A stretch of 64,000 bases of DNA from Massalongia carnosa (lineage: Eukaryota), in the NCBI GenBank assembly GCA_965645245.1, contig OZ287068.1, positions 3,348,001-3,412,000 of the forward strand, given 5' to 3'. This document shows, piece after piece, positions 40,897 to 53,267 of the stretch. The notes under the pieces were generated by a model. It saw only the letters and a program-made list of their open reading frames with translations. It did no database searches and had not been told where the DNA came from. The position numbers and the translations under genes are program-made. Within the stretch, counting starts at the first letter, position 1, and each line of letters opens with the position of its first letter.

Positions 40897-41870
40897 GCGT
40901 ACAAGTTACATCCCCCTTTGGTTATCAAAATTACGCCGAAATCGGCTAGTTAGAATCTTTGCGCGTCGACCTCCAATCGGGAAGTAACTACAGATTAACT
41001 ACAGAGTACTCAACGTTCAACTTTCTACGCTGTACCCTTTGGCAACTCTAGACTCCTCGACTCTGTGACCCATCTGTGTTGCGCACAAGAAGTGAGATGT
41101 CTCTGTTTCCAAGATTGCTCTAATTTCGGTGATAGAGACGCAAATTACATGCGCCGAGCATATAGTTCTGGAATGATGTGATGATGGTGCGTTTGTGATG
41201 CAACCATGGGGCGGCACACAAAATCGCTAGTCTTAAGCCGTTCTTTTAAGCTTCGGGGAGCGTCCCCTCAGCTACGCACCCCGCCCTTGCGAAAAAAAGG
41301 GACCTCCATCGCAGGCCAAATACCTCGCGATCCAATCGCTTGATTCCGAGTGACCCGTTGTCATCTACCTCAAATTGCTGTCGAAAGGGAAAGGGAAAGG
41401 AAAAGGGAAAAGAGCCAACGACTGGCTGCAGCATGCTTAATCAGTCGTGATTAGGGGGAGCCACAACCAATCGTTACACCCGCTTTTTGCCCCCCCTCAT
41501 CCAGAACAGCATTCCAGACTATCCTTGATCCGGAATCCTAAGTCTGGCGCCCTGCGCATGCTTGCCCGCTGACCCGTTGGGACAGGCTTCCATGAAGCTT
41601 CTTTTCCAGAGTACAGAGTAACTACGTCGCACGCTAGCCGGTATATGGGACACGACTCGGAGCTGCATGGTGCGCCGGGTTGCCATGTTCATTTGCTTGA
41701 TACAAGATGTCACTCCGGCCGGTGGGATCCCACAACGATAAAGACCTCAAATAGCCCGTCTGCCCCGCGCCCTCCGTTCTCCGGATTTCTCTTTCACTTT
41801 CATGAGCAACTCGTCGTGTCGCGGGTCTCTTAAGCTACGCTCCGCGTAATTCCTGACGGTCCATCACATC

Positions 41871-43400
41871 ATGGCGACTCGGCTTCCCAATCCTGACCTG
41901 ACACCGGCCATGAATCCGCCTCCGGGTGTCACTCAGAACCTGATTGATCCGCCATCGCAAGGCTATGTAACCATAGTGGTCATGGTAATCTTCATCTGCA
42001 TCACCACGCCCTTCGTCCTGGTCCGAATGTATACTCGGCACTTCGTCAACCGCCGCTTGTGGTGGGATGACTGTAAGCTACACCTTGTGGATTGGTTCAA
42101 CTCATCCTGCTTGGGTGAGCGAGGCTAACAATCGGTAGATGCATGCGTCATTGCCTGGGTACGGGGCCATCTTCAAGTGCTCATGCCGAGACCGATGTGT
42201 TTCTAACCTGCTCCCAGATTGGGCTTTTTGGGGCCACAGGAATACTACTGAAAAGCCTAAGCTATGGAAGTGGCGTGGATCTATGGAACGTCTCTGCCAC
42301 CCATGGCGCGCTGTATACAAAGGTGTGAGGATCTATGCCCTCAGTCCAAACGGCCGCTAATGAAAAATTCAAGCTTTTCTCCAAGTTCGAGATTATAGCC
42401 CGAATCTCCATGACCTTCACCAAGCTCTCCATTCTGCTTTTATTTCTACGAATCTTTGTCCCACCGCAGACGAAGAAGACGGGAATCTACTACTCGATCT
42501 GGGTTGTGATCTGGTTCATCGTTCTCTACTGTATCGCCTTGGTTCTCGTCGTGTTACTCCAATGCGTGGGCAAAGTCGAAGTGCCGGGGAAAACATGCAT
42601 CGATACCTTCTCACTCCTCGTCACGGCCTCCCTCATCAACGTACTCTCAGACATCGTGATGCTCATCATCCCCGTCGTTGCGGTATGGGGACTACGGATG
42701 CCACTGAAACGGAAACTGGGACTTTCGGTCGTGTTCGCTGTTGGAGCGCTGTAAGCATCACTATCTCGATTTACATGCCGAACTGTACGCTAACGCTGTC
42801 CTCAGCGCCGTGGGTTCGAGTATTGCACGCCTCGGCTGGCAGATACAAAGAGCAAGAGACCCAAATCGGACCATGGTGTTGATGAAGGTGGCACTCCTGG
42901 CGTAAGCGACCAGAAGTCTGCTCGTATTGACCACCCGCTGATACCGTTGCAGGATGGCAGAACACACCACCGGCATCATTGTGGGCTGCATGCCCGTATT
43001 ACCAGCTCTTTACCGGCAAATCTCCCTCCAAAGGTCCCAGTTGCGCTCCTCCAAAGTACCGGGCGATAGCTGGAGGACAGCTCTCAGCAGCAACACTCTG
43101 GTGAATCGTAACGCCCGTCACGCTAGGGTGAGCTCCAAGGATCCGTATCTCGTCAGTATGGATTACAAGGAGCTGAACGACATGGAGAATGGGCACGGCC
43201 CCCCGATGGAGATCAAGGGCACAACCACCACGATTGATGGTGGTCGCGACAACACTTCCACCCCGGTGCAGACGGTGGAGGGGTTGCACGGCAGTCCGGA
43301 GACCAGCGCTTTGGTCTCGAAGTCTGTGCAAGTGGTATCGCATCCTCGTGACATGGAGGAGAATCGTCTTCTCCCGCCTCCGGCCCATCTTCGAAATTGA
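41871..43400 (+). CDS. Pth11-like (rhodopsin-domain, CFEM-less) integral membrane protein
   Basis: PPPGVTQNLIDPPS, RMYTRHFVNRRLWWDD, YGSGVDLWNV, TKLSILLLFLRIF, NVLSDIVMLIIP, LRMPLKRKLGLSVVF and EHTTGIIVGCMP. Multiple introns. Confidence 0.88.
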
Positions 43401-46400
43401 TTGGGTGACGAGCGGGAGGGGACCACGACGGAGAAGAAACATCGCGACAAGCGAGATGATTTAACGGCCTTTCCTAATGTAACCCTATCTAGCAGCGTGC
43501 GCTTGCTTTTCTCGCGTGTCTTAAGTGACTTCCTACTACGGAACAGCGTGCCCGAGCGTGAATCTGCGGTGATTCGCACCCACGGGCCGAGCGATCGGAC
43601 TTGAGCTGCTTCTTCACATGACGATTTTCATCTGCAGCCACTGTTTTAGTCGTTGAAACATAGCGCGTATGAAACCCTCGAGTGTTCTGTCCAGAAGTAC
43701 CTTTACCTACGTTCGAGTCCGAGGGTGCGAGTCACCTGCAAGATTTGCTGCGCCGGCGGGAAGCGCGGGACACGTCGAAATGTATGTGATGGACTGACTG
43801 GGCGAGGTCCAGCGGGACGCGCTCTTAAGCGCCAAATTTTAATTCTCATTTCTTTTTCCTCGCATCTCTGATTGATACCCTTATCTTTTCTTTTTCCGTT
43901 GCCAAGGCTGTGTTGGTCGCAGCTGTCTCGAACCGCACGTTGCCATATTCGCAGAGTGTGAACTCAATTCTGATGTAATAAAACTTTGGACACATGATAT
44001 TAGGACTAATTCAAACACTGCCATCTTTCAGCGAATTGTTGATTCTGGGGATTCGTTTCTGCTTGTCCCTTTCTTGCTTGCCCCTGCGTCTCCAGCCACC
44101 ACATTACCCACCCCCTGCTTGGGTACTTTCATGCGATAATCCAACGATCGAAGTGTTTTTCTATCTTATGATACGGAGTACAATTATCCTTTTCTTGGTG
44201 CTTTCCCCCTTTCACTTCCATAATCTCTTTTTTTCTTATCACAAGTTATCCCTCTCTCCTTCTCTCCCTCCATCCATCCACCAAACAACCCGCAACGTCT
44301 CCTCGCTACTCGTTTCGCTAGTTAATCCACCGAACGAATCGCAAAGCCTTGGGCCCTCTGTACCCCACAAAAACAAACAAACAATCCGCACGACCTCCTC
44401 GACGCCACATTCCCAAGTCACCCTACATTCTACTCGTTTTTGTTCTTGTTCTTGTTCTATCGCTTGTAATGATATAAACATCCTAGAATATTTCTAGATA
44501 TATTACAAAGAACAGACCTTGCACCAAAAGAGGCGCCCGTTGGTCGCTAAGCCGAGGTGGTGGTTGATCTGGCATGATGCACGAATGGGCGAACAAATAA
44601 AAGGGAGTTTTATGGGGGTGGGTGAAGCACACCCCGGGCAGGGCTGGCTGACGGAAGATTCTGTCGCGGGGACGAGGTTGGCGGAACGATTGTGTGTGTT
44701 GGTGGTGACCCCATGGGATGTGGAATCCTATTTGGGGAGAAAACCTATGTATGTATGTTTATGTGTATTGTAGAAAACATGAACATGGAATCCTCGTCTC
44801 GTCTTGCGACGATAAAGCGCACAAAGCTGCAAGGTTTTAAAAAAGAAAAGAAAAGCAGGAAAGGCGCCAGCTAGTTCGTCCTCTGTCTTAATCCTCCACC
44901 TCAGCCATCTATCGTTAGTTATCCTCGAAGAAACCTCTATCTATCAGTGTCCCAACTCGCCAACTCCAGAAATCATCACCAAGTGCCAGCTCACGAAAAC
45001 ACGCACGCAACGCAACATCTATATCTAACTAGTTAGTTAGTTAGCCCTTCAGGCAAGAAAAAAAAAGAGCGGGGCAAGGGAATCCTCCCTCATTCATGCC
45101 TTTTCCTAATCAGAATACGAAGTACTCTGGTCAGTTAGCTGGTCACGTAGATGACGCGGGGATGTATTGTTTCACGTTCCATGCGCGCTCTCTCTCTCTC
45201 TCTCGGGTCTAGAACAGATCTCTAAGGCGGGTGAGATAACTTAAAGTCACAGCCACAGGTAAGGGTTTGGGAGGTTTGGACGATGAGTGTGACTGGGTGC
45301 GCTGGTTCACGGCTTAACTAGTTAAACACACAGTGGCAGAGACTTCGCCAGGATTAATTAACTAGGAGCAGTTCGACGCACCGCCTGTCGTCAGAGCCAG
45401 TTAACTATTTGAGATACTGCGTAGGCTTTTACTAACTGGCGATCGTTGTTGGGGGATTAGTTACATTGGAGTAGTGCTCCCCAATGCCGTTCTTGGGGAA
45501 GGCTATCAGATACAATCTCTCCCGGGAGCCGACGAAAAGTTGTTTTCAGTCCAGTACTCCGTACAAGGTAACTACTCGTATTCACCCCCTGGTGCAAAGC
45601 AAAAGAGACGTAAAATAATCACCTGTTGTACGATCATAAACACCCATCGACTAAACTACCATAGATTAAAGCCTATTCTGACCAAGTAGTCACCAACTGC
45701 CTGACCTGTTGTATTCATAGTTCCAACTGGTTATGAGCCCAGTCAGCTAGACCGAGTGACTGATTGATTCCACCCAAACCCCCCTACTCTAGAAACGATT
45801 AATCCGTACACACTCACTTACTTTCTCTTATCTCGGAATAGATCTGTCCGCCACTGCTAGGCCCTCATCGGAGCCATCAAGTTGTCCCTATCTCCATTTT
45901 ACCTCCACGGTCTATTGACCTTCCGCCAGCTCAACAGATCAACCCTGATGCCGTCAATGGTACAAAACTCGCTTTTCGCTCGATTTGACATATGAATGGT
46001 AATGCAGCGAATCTTTCTCCGAAGTTGAAAAGGGCTCAGGAAATATTCGATGTCGTATTCATCATAATGACGAATAGATTGCTGCAAGTCAACGCCACTG
46101 TGCTTCATTACGGAGGTTCCTTCTATAAAGTCTATTTCTACTTCAGGTAGGAATTCAGAACTAGAACTTAACATGAGCCTATTTCGTTTCGAACATTCTT
46201 ATCAGCGAAAGAACTACACATCTTCTCCTGTCCTGGATCTACTATCTCGGCAGCCTGAATCTCGAAAACAACTCGTTGAGATTTACCAGGCGGAACATCG
46301 TCCCACTTCCACCGACGGACTCGAGAAGACCTTTACACTCCAGCTCTGTACAGTCGGATAGATATAGAAACACAGGGAAAGGAACTAATCCTGTCTGATA

Positions 46401-47754
46401 TGGCTTTTTGGTCATCTACACTTTTGCATTTATTGTTCTTCATGCCTTCGCCCGCTTTCATAATCTTTTGCGGGGTCTCTTCAAAATCGCCTTTCAGCTG
46501 GCGACCCTGTTCCTCATTGGCTCGAGCTTGATACCTAGCTTCATTAAAACCAACCTTACTTGTCCAAGACAATCCTGTTGAAGTAGCTGGCTATTAGCTA
46601 ACCAACCCTTTGATCTCTTGCATCTTCAAATATCATCCGAAGCGATCCTCACCTCCAAAGACTGCTTCTTAGACAACGGGCCTATCAAAAAATTTGAAGG
46701 CGCCTTGCTTTTGAGCCTTATTCCGGTCGAGTCACAAAGAGCTCGAGGTCTCTATTCAAATTGATCCTCTACAGGGGGGAATTGAAACGCTAGCCCCAAA
46801 GGCTGGAAATTCTCCAGGTTGAAGAGAGGGTAGTTCTTGCTAATATCGAACTGCTTCGATAATCGAAGAAATGTACGCAATGGGGGTAACTTTCGTTGGT
46901 TACTGCCTTAAAACCTTTCTATACCTCATTAGCCGTTGAGTCTTTCTCCATCAGTCCACCTCTAAAATAACGGATTATCGTCCTATAATTTTCTGTCAAT
47001 AAAATTATATCTTTGGGAGGATCACTAGAAGAGCTTGTAGAGACTCTGGAGTAATTTAACTTAGCCGGTGCTAGTCTCTAGCATTTAAAGACCGCATGTC
47101 CCAGATGGCAGATATTATTCTATTGGGCGTACACCTTGATAGTTATTGCTTGTACCCACTTTTCATGTTAAACAATGGTCGTGGCTAAAAGCGTTGGCTA
47201 TGGCATCGGCTCATCTATTAACTAATCTATCTATCCATCATTCATTGACATAGTTAAGATCTCTAGTTTCGAAGAACTCCTTTCCGAAAAACTTGTCCTA
47301 TGCATGGCACACCGCATCCTAAATCATCAGATCATTTCGTAGTATGTACGAACCTGGATGATTGAGTTTTTCCGAGAAAAGAAATAAGCTGTCAGGACGC
47401 CAATTCACACATGTGCTGTTATTTTTGATCGCCGTTTTTCCAGAAAAAAAGAAAGGGGGAGTCAGTATGCGGGACCCTAAAGGGGCATGACTTACCCATC
47501 GCTGTATCGAAGAGGATGAATTAGCACGGCTGTATTAAGAGAACGTAACAGTGTTTACTTCCTAATATACACAGTATGGTTTGATTAAAGCTCTTCCTCA
47601 AACTTCCATTATCATCCCCTTTTCTCTCTCAGCTTTGCGACATTATCAACCCATCTTGATTAATCCCCGCTTTCCTAGTCATCCTTTAAAAAAAGTCGAT
47701 ATCTACAAGTATTCTACGAGTGTTCCTGAAGAAGAGAAACATCGAGTCAATCCA

Positions 47755-48380
47755 CTATTCGGGTTTCCTGGCTGAGCGGGCGACGGTGCAGTACCATTCC
47801 CCATATATCTAGTTCACAATGACACATCAGCGAGTACTCTAGAAATCAAAGGTGTTGGGCATAAACTGACTGGAGATTTCTCGCAGCACTCCAGGACATG
47901 AATCGTGGAACAATGCGATGACACTTCCACTAGGACAAAGAATAAGTTAGCCCTGAGCCGGTCTTGAAGTAACGGAGAGGTTGATAGACGTAACGTACCT
48001 TCAATGCAGCCTTCATCGGTGATATTTGCGGACGTCGTTTTAATTTCCCCATTGCAGCAGATCATTAGGTCGAAGCCACACGAATCATCGGGAGAGTAGA
48101 GAGGCGTTGCGGCTGTTTTCTTTGCAACAAGAATCGGGTTATTTAGATAGAAGATTGCTTCGCCTGAGTCGCTGCCTGGAGTGAATGCAAGCAGAGCCAA
48201 GGGTTTATTGTCCGTATCATCGTAGGCTGCAAGATCTGGAGATTTTTCATCGAGGGAAGAAACGTCTTGGAAATCGTCTTGGAAATATGAAGCCGGGATA
48301 GCCAAGATCGACGGCAAAAGGGAAAGGTATGTAATAAAAATAGATACAGCAAGAAGAGCAGCCAGCTCTTTATTTCCCAT
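47755..48380 (-). CDS. Hydrophobin-like 8-Cys secreted protein with long acidic N-terminal region
   Basis: Signal peptide. After splicing (intron 47998-47930 and a GTCAGT..TAG intron ending 47809) the pattern is C-X6-CC-X15-C-X8-C-X7-CC-X10-C. Last exon IYGEWYCTVARSARKPE*. Confidence 0.7.
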
Positions 48381-49338
48381 TCTAAGTTTAGGAGACTGAG
48401 CGTGAGAACAGACCAAATGAAGTGCAACAAGCAACGACACCTTCTGCATGCTTCTTTTTACAGTGTGATGACCACCATGCAGCGATAAACCAACCCTAGT
48501 ATCAGCTGCTCGTCCCACCTAGCCAAAGGCCGAGAATATTCCCCGCCACCCGGGAGCGATACAACCATGTTTCCAGCTCCCTACGCTCTCCAGGGAATCG
48601 ACTTCATGCAAATATCGAAGACAATGCCACTTGGAAATCGACAATCGGCATTGATCGGGCCAAGGCATTCTCGGTAAACAGAACTGGCCCTAGGAAACGA
48701 CGTCCACGTGGCTCTGAAACAGGGTCGGGGACACGGCTTGAGGAGAGAGCCGGGAAACCCTCAATTCCAGCAACGCTGCAACGCTGCAACGCTGTTCGGA
48801 GTTGGCGCGGATCACGCTCTCGTCATCACTTTTCTGGGCACATCGGCTTCCTCGGGTCGGAGACTCTATGGCTTCGCTTCCATGTCCGGAGATTGGTTGT
48901 TATTTACCAGGTCCTGTCTGCTATCATCTTTGCGTAACTACGTTCATCATCAGAATTCATATCTGGATGATCGAGGGTTCTTCCGAGCCGTCGACGACAT
49001 CTTTTTCATTATCTCTATTTTATACATCCCCTCCAAAACTGAGTTCTATTTAACGTTGATACGAGCAACGCTTTGTGCTTCAATTGCGCTTCTGGATGTG
49101 TGCCATTGAACTCGTTCGCCGTCGACTTTATCTTTATAAGATTTCGTTTACTTTACTGAATGACTATGTATGTAATGAATTGGTATTACGTTCTGTTGAT
49201 TGGGCAATGAGCCATAGACCGCCTAATTCCCCTCGCCAAGCTACCTTGCGATTATTTATCAATCTGATCTCCTTCATCTCGTTCCATCCTACCTCAACCT
49301 CGTAAAAAGCTTAAAAGTTTCCCTCTATATAGGTTTGT

Positions 49339-49773
49339 TCATGAGAAGAAATCAATTCCTGCCGATATGAATTGAACGTGATCATTCGGTCCATTCCCGC
49401 TAAACTGAACCCCGAGCGAAATCCCTGCTCCCCACAGCACAGCTGGCTCCCCAGGCACAGCGCGCGCCTCGTTCCGCAAGCTGCCCGCCAGCGATAGCCC
49501 GTCCCATCCGATTCGCTTGTTTTCCCCGTCGTAAACGTGGAAGCTGGTGATTTTGGTGGAGCTGCCTGTGGCGTAGCGGATCCACGCCGTGCCGATTCTG
49601 AGGCGAGCGCCGTCGACAATAACAGGAGTGGGAATGGGGAAGTGGACCCAGCCAAAGTTACCGTCATTGGAGGGGCGGACTGTGGTGTAGAAGCCTTGGC
49701 GGAAGGCGGACCAGGAGCGGCTTTCCAGCTCGACGCTGGTACCGTGGATCCAGGCGGCGTGCTTGATGGACAT
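49339..49773 (-). CDS. Intronless 144-aa protein resembling the DUF6623 family
   Basis: MSIKHAAWIHG...GWVHFPIPTPVIVDGARLR...FHVYDGE...FISAGIDF. GC-rich codons. Family recalled from the WxHFxIPTPVIV motif, not verified by search. Confidence 0.7.
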   Translation of the reverse strand: MSIKHAAWIHGTSVELESRSWSAFRQGFYTTVRPSNDGNFGWVHFPIPTPVIVDGARLRIGTAWIRYATGSSTKITSFHVYDGENKRIGWDGLSLAGSLRNEARAVPGEPAVLWGAGISLGVQFSGNGPNDHVQFISAGIDFFS

Positions 49774-50792
49774 GGCGTTGGTGGTGGGTGAAATATGGAT
49801 GGAGTACAAGGGTTGAAATGTTCGAGATAGAACTTGTGGAGAATACACGAAAAGAAGAGAAACCAGCACACATTTATATCGCTTGGTATGGGCCTTCCAG
49901 GGCTAGATGGACTTCCAAAGCACCACCCTTCCCAACAATTCCATAGCTGATTGGATGTACGTCTCAGCTCGCTCACGTTCTCTAGGCTGACAGTTCGTAT
50001 GGTTCAGCCATCTGAATGCACCTTTGGCTTAATGTAGGCAACGCAAGAGACCTCCAGAGAGATGACAGTGATCGAGAAGTGGTGGAGCAATCGACCCATT
50101 CCATCCATCAAAGAAATTTTGTGATCTCTTCAAGTTGGAACGGAGCCTTGAAATCCGGTATTATTGGACGACTTGTACCCCGCACATTTTGTGGCTGCCG
50201 ATGAAAAGACCCAATCCAAAAAAAATGGTGCCATATCAACTGCATTTGCGGAACAAGTGCAACCTCTCACAAGTCTTCATTATTTTTTCCCGGGTCCTCT
50301 TTCCTTTCTCGACACAAACCTGTGATTGACATATGGGCTTGCAAACATCTTTAAAGGAAAACTAATGCCTGGCCAGAGATTGAAACCGAGATGTAGAATA
50401 GCGTCGTCAGTATCATATCTTCCTGTAGAATATTAGCTTTGATGCGATAAACTCCCAACTTTTGAATCGAAAAGGCCGGTCTCTTTTCTCAAGAAGCAAA
50501 GAGTATTTATGTGAAACTGATCAGGTTGGGGGACGTGATGCGCAGTATGCTGAAACTTATTGGTTGCTGACGATTACCATTTCTTCACTTGCCTCAGTAC
50601 CTCAGCCGTGCGTGGCTCTATGATTAATCGATTAGAACATTATGTTTATCGATAATATTTTTCTCGATTCGTATTATTTTCTTATATTTTATTTAAATTT
50701 TCAATAAAATCAGCGTCTTTTTAATTAATTTATCGAAATTTTTTATCAACATTTCGACGAAAAATAACCTTTCGCGTATGTATAACGTCTTA

Positions 50793-52587
50793 GCCACCCA
50801 CTCGGGTCAGCCACCCAATCGGGTCACCCCACCAAAAATTTTCTGACTACACATCATCACCAACAAAAATTCCAAAAATCATCACCACATTACTTCCACC
50901 ACCCCCAAAACTAACTAAAAACATCACTATCCATCTGCATTTCCTTCCAAACTGCTTTTGCGAACTTCACTTTACCATTTAAAGCATGGTATCGTTCCTT
51001 TTGTTTGGCCAATGCTTCTTCCTTTCTCTGTTTTTTCCTCCGCAATCGCCTGTCCCTCGCCCACAGTCAACACCCTCGCTTTAACACCCCCTTTTCTGGA
51101 TGCTTTTTGACGTCGTTGAGCCTGTTTAGCAATCAGTTCTTGATTGGTGTGTTTCAGAATAACCCTATCAGCGACGGCATTCAACGCAGTTGTTTTAAGC
51201 AATTCAACATGCGCGCGAGAAGATGGAGTCATACGGGATATAAGAGCATCGCTGGCCTCCTGAATCCGCTGGACCGTTTTGGGGGCGTCGGTGAGGGTTT
51301 CTGAACGGGTAGGATGTGTAGTAGACCTAGGCAGTTTGCCTAAAACATGCCCTGGACTAAAGGGAATAAGGCCTGCCCCTCGCCATGCACTCATGATGTT
51401 GATAGTCGTTATGGCCTGTTTTCTAGCCACCTGAATAAAGCGTAGGAAATCCAGTTTAGAAACAGGCACAACCCCGTAACGTGATTGGCTGGAAACCAAT
51501 CGTTTATAGGCCTTAGATAAAGGGCCAAAAATACCGACATCTAAAGGCTGCAATAAATGAGTCGAATGAGGTGACAAACAAAGGGATATAATCCTCTCTT
51601 TGGCACAAAACTCCTGGAAGGGTATGGAGATATGACTTTCATGGCCATCAACGATCAACATCCTATATTTACCCCGTACAGATTTCGTATGCTTATCGAA
51701 GACCTTTTGCAACCAATGTAAACCTATTTCCGCATCCGTCCAGCCATTAGGACTGACTCTGACGGTGTCCTTTTTATCCTTCATGACTGCAAACCAGGCG
51801 GGCTGGCATTCGACACCTGGAAAAATAATATAAGCGGGAAGAACTGTTCCGCGAGAGGATATGCATTCAATTAAGGAAACCCAATCTCTATTTCCTGAAT
51901 GCACATTGAATGGTGTTGTTTTTCTGTTGATTATCACCTTAGAACTGTCCCCAATGCCCATGGCAAAGCCTTTCTCATCCATGTTGTAAATATCTTCATC
52001 TGCGACTCCATATTTTGCTCGGATGGTCTTGTACAATTCGAACCAATCTTTCAGTGTTTCAGAACTGCCAGCATCCTTTCTGGATTGATCCAAGTTTCTA
52101 GTGTATTTGGTTTTGAATTCAAGATGCCTGTTTAAGAAATTTTTGTACCAATGCTGACCCAACGAATTCTTGGCCTCCAAAAGACTTTTAGCCATGCCTT
52201 CCAAGTGTTGAATGCGAGGTGGCCAACCCCATGCAGTCATCCGCTCTATCCAATCAATCAAAGCCTGTTCTTCTTGTACATTTAGCCTTTGAGTGGCTTG
52301 ATGATAATGCTCTGCGGCCCGTCTGCCTTTGAGCCGGGCTTGTAAAGTCGACTGAGGAACTCCGTAAAGGCGCGCTATTTCCCGCTGCGAAACGCCCGGA
52401 TTTTTGGCTAATTCTTCGATAGCCAACTGTAATCTAGTAGCAGGGTCATGTACGGGTATATTTACAAACATTTTATATACAAATAATAGATAAATGAATA
52501 GTGGTGGTGGATGGGGAGGAAATAATTTTTTTTGGTTACTAGATTTGGTGGGGTGACCCGATTGGGTGGCTGACCCGAATGGGTGGC
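50793..52587 (-). mobile_element. Fot1/pogo DNA transposon (element A)
   Basis: 44-bp TIRs at 50793-50836 and 52544-52587 (1 mismatch; 10+17+17 internal repeat layout). Flanked by TA on both sides. Encloses a transposase. Confidence 0.92.
50972..52471 (-). CDS. Fot1/pogo DDD transposase; extreme C-terminus probably frameshifted
   Basis: HTH region (YGVPQSTLQARLKG), YNMDEKGF, VDGHESH and QPLDVGIF. Confidence 0.88.
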   Translation of the reverse strand: MFVNIPVHDPATRLQLAIEELAKNPGVSQREIARLYGVPQSTLQARLKGRRAAEHYHQATQRLNVQEEQALIDWIERMTAWGWPPRIQHLEGMAKSLLEAKNSLGQHWYKNFLNRHLEFKTKYTRNLDQSRKDAGSSETLKDWFELYKTIRAKYGVADEDIYNMDEKGFAMGIGDSSKVIINRKTTPFNVHSGNRDWVSLIECISSRGTVLPAYIIFPGVECQPAWFAVMKDKKDTVRVSPNGWTDAEIGLHWLQKVFDKHTKSVRGKYRMLIVDGHESHISIPFQEFCAKERIISLCLSPHSTHLLQPLDVGIFGPLSKAYKRLVSSQSRYGVVPVSKLDFLRFIQVARKQAITTINIMSAWRGAGLIPFSPGHVLGKLPRSTTHPTRSETLTDAPKTVQRIQEASDALISRMTPSSRAHVELLKTTALNAVADRVILKHTNQELIAKQAQRRQKASRKGGVKARVLTVGEGQAIAEEKTEKGRSIGQTKGTIPCFKW

Positions 52588-53096
52588 TATTTGATAAAGA
52601 AATGAAGTGTGACTGCGTAATTATTGAAGAACGTGTTCTGCACGTGCGACCGATAGGGCTGAAATCGAACGCAGGCGCAAAAAGCTTAGTGCGGTAGGGC
52701 TGAATAATGGAGGCGGAGGTGAAATTTTGATGCTTAGTAAGCAAATGGCTATTTTTTTAACTAGTAATTAGATGGCAGCAGGTGATTTATTTATATGGTA
52801 GCAGGCTATAAGTTCACCGTGAGACATTAAAGATATCACTGGGGATTTTGGTGGGGCTGGGTGCGGATCTCCCTGATTTCCCCAGCTGATTTTTTGTCAG
52901 CCGTGTCAGTTTACGTTCCGACACCATTAGTCCCCAGCGCTGATGCGTTTTATTGTTGAATTTTACTCTAATTATATATTTACTTTAGGAGAAGACAGCA
53001 GAATTCAATCTTGTCGCTAATTATGAACTACATATAATTGCCTAAGAGTTTCATAACCCCTAGCTGCCCGTTCTCCTCCGCGATTTCTGGGGTTGA

Positions 53097-53267
53097 TGTG
53101 ACGAAGCGAGATAGTGAATAGATTTCTACCATTGCGCCACCTGTCCTTCCCGACCAAAAGGCACAATACTTAGTCCGCAGACCAAGCTCTATTCTACTAT
53201 AACTGGGACTCCTGCTATGTTCGCTGTAGGTCCTGCCGTCCGCACCACGCTTGGTCGAACCATTACA
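53097..53267. mobile_element. Short (171-bp) solo LTR
   Basis: TGTGAC...ATTACA termini with 5-bp direct repeat GTTGA at 53092-53096 and 53268-53272. Confidence 0.7.

Noticed and set aside
50783..50792. TA-ACGT as an alternative Fot1-type left terminus of pogo A
   Set aside because: It has no counterpart at the right end. The TA-flanked 44-bp TIR starting at 50793 is symmetric and has the 10+17+17 layout.
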